Shown here: piece by piece, positions 20,825 through 31,220 of the stretch
How positions within the stretch are numbered: the stretch's first letter is position 1
Layout: the number at the start of each line of letters is the position of its first letter
Assembly: GCA_963803805.1 (NCBI GenBank)
Contig: CAWDOD010000008.1
Coordinates: forward strand, 64,001 to 128,000
Direction: 5' to 3'
Length of the DNA stretch: 64,000 bases
Source: an uncultured cyanobacterium
GTDB taxonomy: Bacteria > Cyanobacteriota > Cyanobacteriia > Cyanobacteriales > CAWCAG01
Made by a program: the position numbers and the translations under genes
Notes under the pieces: generated by a model
Told to the model about the DNA's origin: nothing
The model's input: the letters and a program-made list of their open reading frames with translations, nothing else
Database searches by the model: none

Positions 20825-21086
20825 GTAAGAATATAAGGGTGTAAGGGATGAGGAGAAAATTCTTCACTTTACTTGTTAAGAAACACAAGCTGAAACCCTG
20901 CTATTAATGATGTAATCAGTTTCTTGATGACTTGCTAAAACTTGCTGTCGTAAGAACCGAACTAAATTAGTTAAATACCTTTGCTAACTTAGAAACAGAA
21001 GGCTCTAGGCCCTCAACTTCTTAACCAAAGATCCTCATCTAAAAAACTGATCAATTGATAACTGATAACTGAATTAGGAGACTTCT

Positions 21087-22100
21087 GTGGCGGCAACGGA
21101 TTTTAAAGATTACTATAGCATTCTCGGAGTAAGCAAAACTGCTAGTCCTGAAGAGATTAAAAAAACTTTTCGCAAACTAGCTGTTAAATACCATCCTGAT
21201 CGTAATCCTGATAATAAAGAAGCAGAAGAACGCTTCAAAGAAATTAGTGAAGCTTACGAAGTTTTATCCGACACAGAAAAGCGTCAAAAGTACGATCAGT
21301 TTGGTCAATATTGGAAGCAAGCTTCTCAACCTAGTGGTTCTCCTTTTGGTGGAGGGGCTAGCGCTGCTGATTATAGTAATTTCGATTTTGGTCAGTATGG
21401 CAGCTTTGAAGAATTTATTAATGAATTATTAGGTCGCTTCTCCACTGGGGCGACAGGTAGTCCGGGAGGCTATAACTATACAACCTCTACGGGTAGGCCT
21501 GGTGGCTACAACACTACTGTTAATGACTTTGGGCAAGGGTTTGCTGGTCAGCAAGCACCCACTCCCCAAGAATCTGTTGCTACCCTCCGCCTGACCTTTT
21601 CCGAAGCCTTTCGTGGGGTACAGAAGCGCCTTCAAATTGGTAGTGAAATCGTCAATGTTCGCATTCCCCCCGGTGCTAAACCTGATATGCGTATTCGTTT
21701 GCGGGGTAAAGGCAGGGTAGATCCTTATAGTAAAATTCGAGGGGACTTATTCTTGAACGTAGAACTAGAACCCCATACTTTCTTTCAATTTAAAGATGAT
21801 AAATTGCTTTGTGAAGTGCCTGTTGCCCCTGATGAAGCTGTGTTAGGGGCCTCCATTGAAGTACCAACCCCTGATGGCTCTGTCACCATGAAAATTCCTG
21901 CGGGTATCCGCCCTGGGCAATCCCTACGTTTGCGGGGTAAAGGTTGGCCTAATCCCAAAGGAGTTCGGGGAGATCAACTAGTAAAGATTAAAATTGCTAT
22001 TCCCAAAAAAATTAGCACCACTGAACAAGAATATTACGAAAAAATTCGTGCTAGCCGTAGCTATGATCCCCGTAGCAAACTGAAAAATATCAGTCTTTAA
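21087..22100 (+). CDS. DnaJ-class (CbpA-like) co-chaperone
   Basis: J domain with HPD, G/F-rich linker, no zinc finger. Confidence 0.92.
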   Translation: MAATDFKDYYSILGVSKTASPEEIKKTFRKLAVKYHPDRNPDNKEAEERFKEISEAYEVLSDTEKRQKYDQFGQYWKQASQPSGSPFGGGASAADYSNFDFGQYGSFEEFINELLGRFSTGATGSPGGYNYTTSTGRPGGYNTTVNDFGQGFAGQQAPTPQESVATLRLTFSEAFRGVQKRLQIGSEIVNVRIPPGAKPDMRIRLRGKGRVDPYSKIRGDLFLNVELEPHTFFQFKDDKLLCEVPVAPDEAVLGASIEVPTPDGSVTMKIPAGIRPGQSLRLRGKGWPNPKGVRGDQLVKIKIAIPKKISTTEQEYYEKIRASRSYDPRSKLKNISL

Positions 22101-22160
22101 TAATCAAAGCAAAACCCTAGACTCAACCATAAACCAAGGCAAACTGATAAGATAATTTCT

Positions 22161-22370
22161 GTGTCTTGGATTACTATCAGAACAACTAACACCCGCTGGG
22201 AAGCTGAGTTAATGCAACAATTACTCGCAGCTTATGATATCCCCAGTCGGGTTCTTGATATTGGTGTCGGCTCCTATTTTGGCCAAGGAAGTCCGGCGGT
22301 TTTGCAAGTACGTTCTCATGATCAATGGACAGCTTTGCTGTTGTTGAGTCCTGTCGAAGAAGAAGAGTAA
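22161..22370 (+). CDS. DUF2007-like small protein
   Basis: EAELMQQLLAAYDIP pattern; lies between dnaJ and accD. Confidence 0.65.
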   Translation: MSWITIRTTNTRWEAELMQQLLAAYDIPSRVLDIGVGSYFGQGSPAVLQVRSHDQWTALLLLSPVEEEE

Positions 22371-22411
22371 TCCTTTTATTTAATAATCTTTTTTAGGAAT
22401 TAACTTTACTT

Positions 22412-23359
22412 ATGTCTCTATTTGACTGGTTTGCTAACCGCAGAAAATCAGAACCCCATACTCAAACAAGACAAGAACGAGAAATAGCTGACGGGCTGTG
22501 GACAAAATGCCCTGCTTGCGGAGTCTTAGCTTATACTAAAGACTTGCGAGGCAATCAAATGGTTTGCTCAGAATGTGAACATCATTTGAGCGTTAACAGT
22601 GACGAACGCATAGCTCAGTTAATTGATGCTGATACTTGGCAACCTTTAGGGGAAGGACTTAGACCAACAGATCCTCTTAAATTCCGCGATCGCAAGGCAT
22701 ATCAAGATCGTTTGCGGGATTATCAAGAAAAAACAGGTTTGTCTGATGCGGTACAAACAGGAATTGGCGAGATTGATGGTTTGCCTTTGGCCCTAGGAGT
22801 GATGGATTTCACCTTTATGGGGGGTAGCATGGGTTCTGTAGTGGGGGAAAAACTCTGTCGCCTCATTGAACGTGCTACCAAAGAAAGGATACCCGTTATT
22901 ATTCTTTGTGCTTCTGGGGGTGCAAGGATGCAAGAAGGGGTATTAAGTTTGATGCAAATGGCGAAGATTTCCGGCGCTTTACAACACCACCGCGAAGCTA
23001 AATTACTCTATATACCAGTTCTTACCCATCCTACCACCGGAGGCGTGACAGCTAGTTTTGCCATGCTTGGGGATTTGATTTTGGCTGAACCAAAAGCAAC
23101 TATTGGATTTGCAGGCAGGCGGGTAATTGAACAAACTCTCAGGGAAAAGTTACCTGACGATTTCCAAACTTCAGAATATCTTTTACAACATGGTTTTGTT
23201 GATGCGATAGTTTCTCGCACTCAATTAAAGAAAACTTTGGCTAAGTTAATTTGCCTTCACCAACCTATAACTACCATCCCAGAAGTCAACAATTCCCATC
23301 ACGTTTTGAATAACCATAGTAACAATAAGGAACTAGGTTCATCAGAAGTGATATTTTAA
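22412..23359 (+). CDS. accD: Acetyl-CoA carboxylase carboxyltransferase beta subunit
   Basis: WTKC zinc ribbon, [31 protein letters not shown]. Confidence 0.97.
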   Translation: MSLFDWFANRRKSEPHTQTRQEREIADGLWTKCPACGVLAYTKDLRGNQMVCSECEHHLSVNSDERIAQLIDADTWQPLGEGLRPTDPLKFRDRKAYQDRLRDYQEKTGLSDAVQTGIGEIDGLPLALGVMDFTFMGGSMGSVVGEKLCRLIERATKERIPVIILCASGGARMQEGVLSLMQMAKISGALQHHREAKLLYIPVLTHPTTGGVTASFAMLGDLILAEPKATIGFAGRRVIEQTLREKLPDDFQTSEYLLQHGFVDAIVSRTQLKKTLAKLICLHQPITTIPEVNNSHHVLNNHSNNKELGSSEVIF

Positions 23360-23396
23360 CTATTAGCCATTAGCCATAATTCTAATCATCAAAACC

Positions 23397-23957
23397 ATGT
23401 CTAAATCTTTAAAATCCTTATTAGCCATAATTCTAATTATCTTAAGCCTAAGTTTATCTAGTTGTAACAGCGCTGTTAGCGGTTTAAAAAGCTATGTAGA
23501 TGCTACCCAAGGATATGAGTTTCTATATCCCAATGGTTGGATTTATGTTGATATTGGAGGGGTAAGAAAGGGCGTTAAAGTTGTCTTTCAAGACTTGATT
23601 GAAAAGACAGAAAATTTAAGTGTGGTAGCAAGTGAAGTTTCCCAAGATAAAACCCTTAAGGATTTGGGTACGCCCACAGAAGTTGGTTATAGTTTGCTTA
23701 AAAGTGCGATCGCTCCTGATGGTTCAAAACGTCAGGCAGATTTGGTAGGTGCGGAGATTAAAGATGCTCCAACCCAAACCTATTACACCTTAGAATATGA
23801 GGTTAAGTTGCCTGATGGTAGAGAAAGACATAATCTTGCTAGCGTGGCTATTAGTCGTGGTCAATTATTTACTTTTAATGTTTCTGTTCCCGAAACACAT
23901 TGGGGCAAGTTAGAAAAACGATTAGAAGCAGTGGTTGATTCTTTTACAGTTTATTAA
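23397..23957 (+). CDS. psbP: Photosystem II extrinsic lipoprotein CyanoP
   Basis: Lipobox LSSC, YEFLYPNGW, TENLSVV, LGTPTEVG. Confidence 0.9.
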   Translation: MSKSLKSLLAIILIILSLSLSSCNSAVSGLKSYVDATQGYEFLYPNGWIYVDIGGVRKGVKVVFQDLIEKTENLSVVASEVSQDKTLKDLGTPTEVGYSLLKSAIAPDGSKRQADLVGAEIKDAPTQTYYTLEYEVKLPDGRERHNLASVAISRGQLFTFNVSVPETHWGKLEKRLEAVVDSFTVY

Positions 23958-23977
23958 GGCATTAAAATAGGCATTAT

Positions 23978-24820
23978 TCAAAGTAATCCTAAATCTTGTA
24001 AACACAGTCTGGTAACTTTCAATCTTACTGCGGGATCTGTTTGGGAATCTATATCTAGATTAGTAGCAAAAAAATAAACATTATCGTTTTGTTCTAAGTA
24101 ACCTACATACCAACCTATTCTTTGGGTTAATCCCGTTTTGCCCCGAAGTAGGTAATCAGGTGTTTGTTCAGCGATCGCAATTTCTTTAACTAGATCAATG
24201 GTTCGTTGGCTAAAAGGTAAATCATTTTGGTATAAGCGGCGAAGGAAGTCAATTTGTTGGTGAGGGGTAATTCTTAATTGCCCTGAAAGCCAAAACTTAT
24301 CTATATCTTCTGGGCTACCGATATTTTGATTGCCATATTGAATTTGCTTAACAAAATCCTGCATTTTTTCGTAACCAATTCTACGAGCCAATACTTGATA
24401 AAACCAAACGGCGGAATACTTGAAAGCTAGACGAATGTTTAAATCTTGGTTCCATTGCTTAATAGGAGAATCTGCGAAACCTCTTTCAATGCCATCCCAA
24501 GTAAGAACCTCAACATCGTTTTTGATTACGCCAGTTTCTAAGGCAATTAATGAGTTAGGAATTTTATAGGTAGATGCGGGGAGGAAGGCGGTATTATTGC
24601 GAGGGGGATTATGTTGATAAAAGCTATCTCCCTTCAGGTCGTAAATGATAATAGAGCCATTAATGCCTAAAGTATCAAAATGCTGTTTGAAACTAACTGT
24701 TTGCTCTATTTTTAGTGGAGTTTGTGAATAAACTTTATGTTCTAGAAGAAACCAATTACCAATTATACCCAAAAGCAACAATAATAAAAGACTGAGCCGT
24801 TTTTTCATGAATTGTTTCAC
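23978..24820 (-). CDS. Class D (OXA-like) beta-lactamase / penicillin-binding protein
   Basis: PASTYK, SAV, YGN and KTG motifs; signal peptide. Confidence 0.88.
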   Translation of the reverse strand: MKQFMKKRLSLLLLLLLGIIGNWFLLEHKVYSQTPLKIEQTVSFKQHFDTLGINGSIIIYDLKGDSFYQHNPPRNNTAFLPASTYKIPNSLIALETGVIKNDVEVLTWDGIERGFADSPIKQWNQDLNIRLAFKYSAVWFYQVLARRIGYEKMQDFVKQIQYGNQNIGSPEDIDKFWLSGQLRITPHQQIDFLRRLYQNDLPFSQRTIDLVKEIAIAEQTPDYLLRGKTGLTQRIGWYVGYLEQNDNVYFFATNLDIDSQTDPAVRLKVTRLCLQDLGLL

Positions 24821-24894
24821 TTGTTCAAAGTGATTAAGGTTGATTGATAGAATTATTGTTTAAGTTAACTAATTAACTTAAACAATAATATAAA

Positions 24895-25893
24895 TTATTT
24901 ATCTGTTGAGGGAACAGATTTAGCGGGTGGTGATTTTTCTGCTAACTTGTCTACTAAATTGGGAATTCCTATTCCTGCTAAAAGTGTACCAATTGCTCCT
25001 ACTGCTGCCCACAAAAGCGCCCAATTAATATTAAGTTTAGGCTTGCTAATTTTGATTAAATGAGTTTTTTCTTCTGGCATAATTGCTTTCAAACTCAATT
25101 CAGCTAACCATTCTGCTACGGATTGGGGACGATCTGAAGAGTCAACTTTTAAGGCTTTAAGGATAGCTTTGTTAAGGCGATCGCTAATTTGAGAGTTAAT
25201 TTCTTTCGGTGCAACCAACTTATCTAAGGCACAAGCCCTCTTGAAAGCATCAGCAGGAGTTTCTTTTGTAAGCAAGACATAAAGAGTTGCCCCTAAAGCA
25301 TAGATATCAGTATAAGGACCTCGTTGGGCAGTTTCTGAATATAATTCTGGGGCAGCGAAACCGGAGACAATTTCTTCTGTACGTTTTTTAGTTAATTCGC
25401 GGTCAAAATCCAAAGCTAAACCAAAATCAATCAATACAGCTTCTTCAGTGTTGCGTCTAATTAAAATATTACCCGGTCTAACATCGCGATGTAGCAAGCC
25501 ATTGTCATGAACTTCAATTAACGCGCTACCAATTTGTTGAATGTATTGTAAAGCCTCTGCTTCCGGTAGAATTTGTGGCGATCGCTTTGCTAAATCCTCC
25601 CCTTCAATATATTCTGTCACCATGCACCACAAACCCTGATCCTTAAATAATTCCCGCGCTTCGACAATATGGGGATGTTGGCATTTTGCTAACTTGAAGG
25701 CTTCTTGAATAAATACTTGTTGCAAGCGTTCAAATTCATTTCCTTGTAAGGCTTGATCGTTGAGGGTTTTAATAACGAAAGGCTTATCTTTTTTATCCCT
25801 GACTAAATAAGTAATACCAAAACGCCCTTGCCCTATTTCTCTTTGGATTGTATACCTACCATTGTGAAGTTTCGTTCCTGGTTGCCAAGCCAT
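24895..25893 (-). CDS. Ser/Thr protein kinase with C-terminal TM
   Basis: GQGRFG, VIK, HRDVRPGN, DFG, APE. Confidence 0.92.
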   Translation of the reverse strand: MAWQPGTKLHNGRYTIQREIGQGRFGITYLVRDKKDKPFVIKTLNDQALQGNEFERLQQVFIQEAFKLAKCQHPHIVEARELFKDQGLWCMVTEYIEGEDLAKRSPQILPEAEALQYIQQIGSALIEVHDNGLLHRDVRPGNILIRRNTEEAVLIDFGLALDFDRELTKKRTEEIVSGFAAPELYSETAQRGPYTDIYALGATLYVLLTKETPADAFKRACALDKLVAPKEINSQISDRLNKAILKALKVDSSDRPQSVAEWLAELSLKAIMPEEKTHLIKISKPKLNINWALLWAAVGAIGTLLAGIGIPNLVDKLAEKSPPAKSVPSTDK

Positions 25894-25924
25894 ATCTTTT
25901 TGAATAGTTGCATAGCTAATCCCT

Positions 25925-25975
25925 TTAATAGTATACGACCCAGAGAAACAGGAGATTGCCCAATGGATAAATTGA
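25925..25975 (+). pseudogene. C-terminal remnant of xisH
   Basis: LIVYDPEKQEIAQWIN-stop overlapping the xisI start, resembling XisH C-termini. Confidence 0.65.
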
Positions 25976-26301
25976 GTTTATATCGCCAATTAATTCAAGA
26001 GTCCCTAAAACAAAGGGCAGATTTGCGATCACCAGATGATCCAGTCAGGAGTCAAACCATTTTTGATCGTGAAGATGACCACTACCAACTTATACATTTA
26101 GGTTGGAAAGATAGTAATACTCGCATCTATGGTTGTATCATACACGTTGATATTATTGATGAGAAAATTTGGATTCAACATGACGGTACTGAATATGGAA
26201 TCGCAGATCAGTTAGTAGAAAAAGGTGTACCGAAGCAAGATATTGTTTTGGCTTATCGTCCAGCTTATATAAGGCAGTATACAGATTTTGCGGTGGGATA
26301 A
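25963..26301 (+). CDS. xisI: XisI family protein
   Basis: MDKL...DHYQL..GW..RIYGCIIHVDI..KIWIQHDGTE..GVPKQDIVL; GGAG RBS. Confidence 0.9.
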   Translation: MDKLSLYRQLIQESLKQRADLRSPDDPVRSQTIFDREDDHYQLIHLGWKDSNTRIYGCIIHVDIIDEKIWIQHDGTEYGIADQLVEKGVPKQDIVLAYRPAYIRQYTDFAVG

Positions 26302-26376
26302 GAGAATTTTTATCGCCTTTATTTCAGACAATTTATAATCTATTGCAGAGTAGTAAATAGGGAATGAAGGAACGCA

Positions 26377-26685
26377 ATGAAATACAGAAAGTTGAAAAGA
26401 TTACGGGAAAGAAAGCTTTGCTCGTTTATATCTCCGGAAGAAATTGCTAAGCGCAAGGAAAAAGCTGAAGCTATGGCTAAACTTGGGCGAGAGATTTTTT
26501 GGCGAGTTTATCCGGATTTGGTGAATAAATATCCTGGTTGGGCAATTTTGATTGAACCAGAAAGTGGTGATTATTTCCTCGATCCTGATCCAGAAGTAGC
26601 TTTCCGAAAAGCACGTAAAAATTATCCTTATGCTGATATTTTGGAGAAATGTCCTAACAAAACAGGTTGTGCTGGCAGGATATGA
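26377..26685 (+). CDS. Hypothetical protein
   Basis: 102 aa, RBS AAGGA, IEPESGDYFLD motif. Confidence 0.7.
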   Translation: MKYRKLKRLRERKLCSFISPEEIAKRKEKAEAMAKLGREIFWRVYPDLVNKYPGWAILIEPESGDYFLDPDPEVAFRKARKNYPYADILEKCPNKTGCAGRI

Positions 26686-26711
26686 TTCAGGGCTATTTTA
26701 CAAGTTTTATA

Positions 26712-26970
26712 TCCCATACCGCTATGGATTAAAATCCACAGCTAACAGCTAAAGTCATCTCAAAGATGACTCAGAGTTTTTTAGTTTCTAGTAAGAGAGT
26801 GCTTTGAGATTTCAAGATTATGGCTCAACAAAAATGAGAGGAAATTTACGGCTATAAAGCTAAAAGTCTCTCTAACTCCCTACATAACTTAAACAAAAAT
26901 GAAACAATTCCCAGTCATCTTAAGATGACTTCTGCTATTAGCCCGGAATTTATTCCTGGGCGAGATGGGA
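26712..26970. repeat. MITE/REP-like element with about 60-bp imperfect terminal inverted repeats
   Basis: Left TCCCAT...GCTAACAGCTAAAGTCATCTCAAAGATGACT; right AGTCATCTTAAGATGACTTCTGCTATTAGC...ATGGGA. Confidence 0.7.
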
Positions 26971-27087
26971 GGAATAATTTTTCTAGTTTTAATTTGTAAG
27001 GAAGAATGTAGGGTAAAGGTTGTTGACTAATGGTTAAGAACAAACAGCTTAATTTCATCGATTTGTAGCATATTCTTTTTATTCCAT

Positions 27088-27900
27088 CTAACTATTAAAA
27101 ATTGCTTTGTAAGCAAATCCCAACAGTCCTCCTAAGCCTAATCCTAGTAAAGAGGTGCTTGCTAAGATTAGGAAAGTATGAAATCTGCTGAAATATTGAA
27201 TTAATTCTTCACTAGCCAGAGTCTCAGCACCAGCAGCCATAGCCACAGTCATAGCCATAACCATAGCAGCCACAGTCTCATCCTCAGCCACAATCAAAAC
27301 CATAGTCATAGCCACACTCACAGCAGCCACACTCACAGCAGCCACAGTCATAGCAGCCACAGCCACAGCCACAGCCATAACCACAGCTAACATCCATACT
27401 ACATATGAAACAGAAGATAACGAGAAGATAATCCCTGCAAAAACATAAACAGCCAATAAGAATTTTAACCCAACCAAAAGAATAACTTTCTTATTCCTTG
27501 GCTTTTGTACTTCTAACAAATTTAACCACTTCTCAACAAATTGAGGACGATTTTCTGCCTCTAATTCCATCCCCTTAAAAATTGCCTTATTCAAATCTCT
27601 ACTAACTTCTAAAACCAACTTTCTCGGCGCAATTAAATTAGCATTATCTATCTTGCGGGCAAAAGAACTAGTAGGACGTTGACCCGTTACCAAAAAATAA
27701 AGAGTTGCAGCCAAACAATAAACATCGGCATTCTTTTCCCTACTACCCTTCATCATTTGTTCATTCGGAGTTTTCAACGCCACTAATTCCTGGTGGAAAG
27801 TATCCAAAGCCTTATAAGTAATACCGAAACCACCTTGCCCTAAAACTTCCTGGATTACATACCGACCCTTCTTTACTTTGTATCCTTCTGCCCAAACCAT
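27088..27900 (-). pseudogene. Ser/Thr kinase with in-frame internal deletion and low-complexity TM tail
   Basis: GQGGFG and VALK jump directly to ADVYCLAATLY; HRD, DFG and APE absent. Confidence 0.8.
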
Positions 27901-28031
27901 AGATCAGTTTTTTCTAAAACCCCTAACATTTTTCTAAAACCATCAACAAGTCTATGTTATTCGCTCTTAAAATTTGGCATCGTGGTACTTACAATATTAA
28001 AGGACTGTTTTATTCTTCCTATTCTGAATTA

Positions 28032-28628
28032 GTGAAAGTTCCTACCTTCGTCTTAGCCTCTGCCTCCCCTGCCCGACGCAAAATACTTGCAGATGCAGGT
28101 ATTAAAATTATTGTTCGTAAAAGCGACTTTGATGAATCCCAAGTTAATCTTAAAGATCCTCGCCCTTTAGTAGAAACTTTAGCTGTACGCAAAGCCGAAA
28201 CTGTTGCCCGTCAGTTTGAGGATGCCTTAGTTTTAGGTTGTGATTCTGTACTAGCTTTAGATGGGGAAATTTATGGTAAACCGGAATCTCCTCAAATTGC
28301 GATCGCCCGATGGCAAAAGATGCGCGGCAATAGCGGTTTGCTTTATACTGGCCATGCTCTTATCGACCAAAATAAACACCAAAAAGTAGTCCGGTGTGGT
28401 GTAACTAAAGTCTATTTCGCCAATATTAGCGATCGCCTCATTGAAGCTTATATTGCCACAGGGGAACCTTTAAATTGTGCAGGTTGTTTTGCTATTGATG
28501 GCAAGGGAGGATTGTTAGTAGAAAAGCTAGAAGGCTGTCACAACAATGTTATTGGTTTGAGTCTCCCTTTGTTACGGGAAATGTTAGAAAAACTGGGCTA
28601 TAAAATAGAAGATTTTTGGTTAAATTAA
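28032..28628 (+). CDS. maf: Maf-family nucleoside triphosphate pyrophosphatase (GTG start chosen)
   Basis: [26 protein letters not shown]. Confidence 0.92.
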   Translation: MKVPTFVLASASPARRKILADAGIKIIVRKSDFDESQVNLKDPRPLVETLAVRKAETVARQFEDALVLGCDSVLALDGEIYGKPESPQIAIARWQKMRGNSGLLYTGHALIDQNKHQKVVRCGVTKVYFANISDRLIEAYIATGEPLNCAGCFAIDGKGGLLVEKLEGCHNNVIGLSLPLLREMLEKLGYKIEDFWLN

Positions 28629-28638
28629 GGGCGAATTG

Positions 28639-28827
28639 TTAACATCCTAATTCTTCAAAATCAGGAGGAAGTACAAAGTTAGCTTGTTTATTTTCCGTTA
28701 AGGTTGGCTCATTTTCAGCCGTCTCTTCTAACTTAGCTAGTAAACTCTCCGCTTCAAGATCACCTTTTTCTGCTTGAAGTTGAAGATAATATCGCAATTC
28801 ATTAGTTAAAGTGTCAGGAATTTCCAT
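28639..28827 (-). CDS. Small hypothetical protein
   Basis: 62-aa ORF directly downstream of and co-oriented with Uma2. Confidence 0.55.
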   Translation of the reverse strand: MEIPDTLTNELRYYLQLQAEKGDLEAESLLAKLEETAENEPTLTENKQANFVLPPDFEELGC

Positions 28828-28841
28828 AATGTTTAATGTTA

Positions 28842-29642
28842 TTAATTGCCGAGCTTTATGACTTGAGATTCAGACAAATCTGTTAAACTAGCTACCTGTT
28901 CCACAGTCATACCTTGTTCCAACAATTTCCTTGCCACCTGGTGTAACTGAGACTCTGCTTCATCTGCCCTTTGTTGTTCCTGATTAGCCCTTCTTTGTTC
29001 TTCCTCAGCCATTTCTTGAGGAGTAGGCAGCAATTCCCCATGCAAATTTGCCCAGCGTAACCAAGTTGCTTTAATACCTTTATAACTGCCTTGCCAACGC
29101 ACTAAACTTAAACCTAATCTTTGAGATACTAACTGATTTTGCTCATTAACTACTATGGGTTGATAGACACCATTTTGTAAACGAAATCCTGCCCAATCAT
29201 CTGGCTTAAAAGGGTCAAACCAGAAATATTCTGGTACACGCATTTGATTTTGATAAATCTGCTTTTTCTCTTTTTTGTCATACTTAGCAGTGGTTGCTGA
29301 CAAAAGTTCAATAACTACATCGGGGGCTTTTCCTTCTTCCCAAATTACCCAACTTCGACGCTCACCTTTAGGTACATCTAATGCTACAAAAACATCTGGC
29401 CCTTTATAATCTTTATTTTTAATTTGAGCCAAGCTGTAGTAAACAAACATATTACCACCCACATAGCCATTATCCCGATTATCTAACCAAGATGAGAGGC
29501 TATAAATGAGCAGATCCATTTGTGCCTTATGCCTTTCGCTTTCCATTGGTATACCATCATCATAGGGAAGATCAGCCTGAGTAGGGGGGGCCGTCACGGG
29601 CATTGATACTGTGGTTTCAGTGAGTATAAGCTGCTCTGACAT
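28842..29642 (-). CDS. Uma2-family endonuclease-like protein
   Basis: LPYDDGIPMES, GPDVFV, PDVVIELLS, VPEYFWFDP. Confidence 0.92.
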   Translation of the reverse strand: MSEQLILTETTVSMPVTAPPTQADLPYDDGIPMESERHKAQMDLLIYSLSSWLDNRDNGYVGGNMFVYYSLAQIKNKDYKGPDVFVALDVPKGERRSWVIWEEGKAPDVVIELLSATTAKYDKKEKKQIYQNQMRVPEYFWFDPFKPDDWAGFRLQNGVYQPIVVNEQNQLVSQRLGLSLVRWQGSYKGIKATWLRWANLHGELLPTPQEMAEEEQRRANQEQQRADEAESQLHQVARKLLEQGMTVEQVASLTDLSESQVIKLGN

Positions 29643-29732
29643 GACTTTCCAAAAATGTTAGTTTACCAGATGTGTACTACTTCTATGTTAACGGATACTG
29701 GTTTGAAGCAAATATCATTTTGTCTGAGATTA

Positions 29733-31118
29733 CTAACTTTTCTCTAGTAAAAATTTCAAGAATTTTAACTTCCCTTCATAAGGTGGATATTTTAATTTAA
29801 TATCTAACCAAAAAGGCTTTTTCAAAATACTTTTTTGATGAGAAAAAGCATCAAATCCGGCTTTACCATGATAACTTCCCATACCACTTGCCCCCACACC
29901 ACCAAAGGGTAATTCACAGGAGGCAACTTGGGAGATAGTGTCGTTAATACAAACTCCCCCAGAGGAAGTTTGTTCTAATACTTGTTTTTGTACTTGCTTA
30001 TCTTCAGAAAAAATGTACAAAGCTAAAGGTTTAGGTCGAGAATTAATCGCTGTGATGGCCTCTGTTAAATTCTCATATTCTATAATGGGTAAGATCGGAC
30101 CAAATATCTCTTCAGCCATAACTTCATCGTCCCAGTTTATCTGATCAATAATAGTAGGAGCAATATAGCGTTCTGCTGAATTAGTTTCTCCTCCCACTAC
30201 TATTTTTCCTTCTTTTAATAAGGCAGATAAGCGTTGAAAATGCCTGTCGCTAATGATACGACTATAATCTGGGCTAGTAGCTGGATTTTGCCCATAAAAT
30301 TCTTCCAGACATTTTTTTAGCGCAGTTAAGAATTGGCTTTTAATACTGCTATGAACTAAAAGATAATCTGGGGCAATACAAGTTTGTCCGGCGTTGATAA
30401 ATTTCCCCCAAGCGATTCTTTTAGCACTTATTTCTACATCTGTATTACTATCAACAATACAAGGACTTTTTCCTCCTAATTCTAAGGTTACAGGAGTTAA
30501 GTATTTAGCCGCAGCCTCCATAACAATTTTGCCTATGGCTGTACTACCTGTAAAAAAGATGTGATCAAACTTTTGTTTAAGTAATTCAGTAGAAACTTTC
30601 TTGTCTCCTTCAACTACGGTAATATATTCAGGAGGGAAGACTTTCTCTATTAGTTGGGCAATTATTTGGGAAGTATGACTAGCAATTTCCGAAGGTTTAA
30701 TAATGACACAATTCCCCGCAGCGATCGCACTAACTAAAGGTGCTATAGCTAATTGAAAAGGATAGTTCCAAGGACTAATAATTAAAACCACTCCTAAAGG
30801 TTCAGGAATTATGTGAGAAGAACCAGGTAAAAGAGCTAGAGGAGTGGCAACTTTTTGGGGCTTTGTCCAAGTTTTAAGATGCTTAAGGGCATGACTAATC
30901 TCCTTAATACATAAGCTTACTTCTGCGGCTAAAGATTCTAACTTTGGTCTTTTGAGGTCATTATACAAAGCTTGAGCTATTTCTTCTTCTTGGCTTTTAA
31001 TAGCTTGTTGAAGAGCTTTTAGCTGTTCAATCCTAAAAGTAAGGGAGCGAGTTTTTCCTGTCGCGAAAAAGCTCCTCTGCTGAGTGATAATTTCACTAGT
31101 AGCAACTTGAGTAATCAT
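29733..31118 (-). CDS. Aldehyde dehydrogenase (ALDH3-like)
   Basis: [31 protein letters not shown]. Confidence 0.95.
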   Translation of the reverse strand: MITQVATSEIITQQRSFFATGKTRSLTFRIEQLKALQQAIKSQEEEIAQALYNDLKRPKLESLAAEVSLCIKEISHALKHLKTWTKPQKVATPLALLPGSSHIIPEPLGVVLIISPWNYPFQLAIAPLVSAIAAGNCVIIKPSEIASHTSQIIAQLIEKVFPPEYITVVEGDKKVSTELLKQKFDHIFFTGSTAIGKIVMEAAAKYLTPVTLELGGKSPCIVDSNTDVEISAKRIAWGKFINAGQTCIAPDYLLVHSSIKSQFLTALKKCLEEFYGQNPATSPDYSRIISDRHFQRLSALLKEGKIVVGGETNSAERYIAPTIIDQINWDDEVMAEEIFGPILPIIEYENLTEAITAINSRPKPLALYIFSEDKQVQKQVLEQTSSGGVCINDTISQVASCELPFGGVGASGMGSYHGKAGFDAFSHQKSILKKPFWLDIKLKYPPYEGKLKFLKFLLEKS

Positions 31119-31220
31119 CTTATATAAAAACCCTTTGCTGAAACTTTATTTAAACTTTCTCTATTAGTTACTGTCTATTGCCTCAAGTCAACCTGACAAA
31201 TTTTTATGGCTTAATTCATT

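Noticed and set aside
25828-25962. N-terminal extension of XisI
   Set aside because: Overlaps the kinase; the ATG at 25963 has an RBS and a family-typical start
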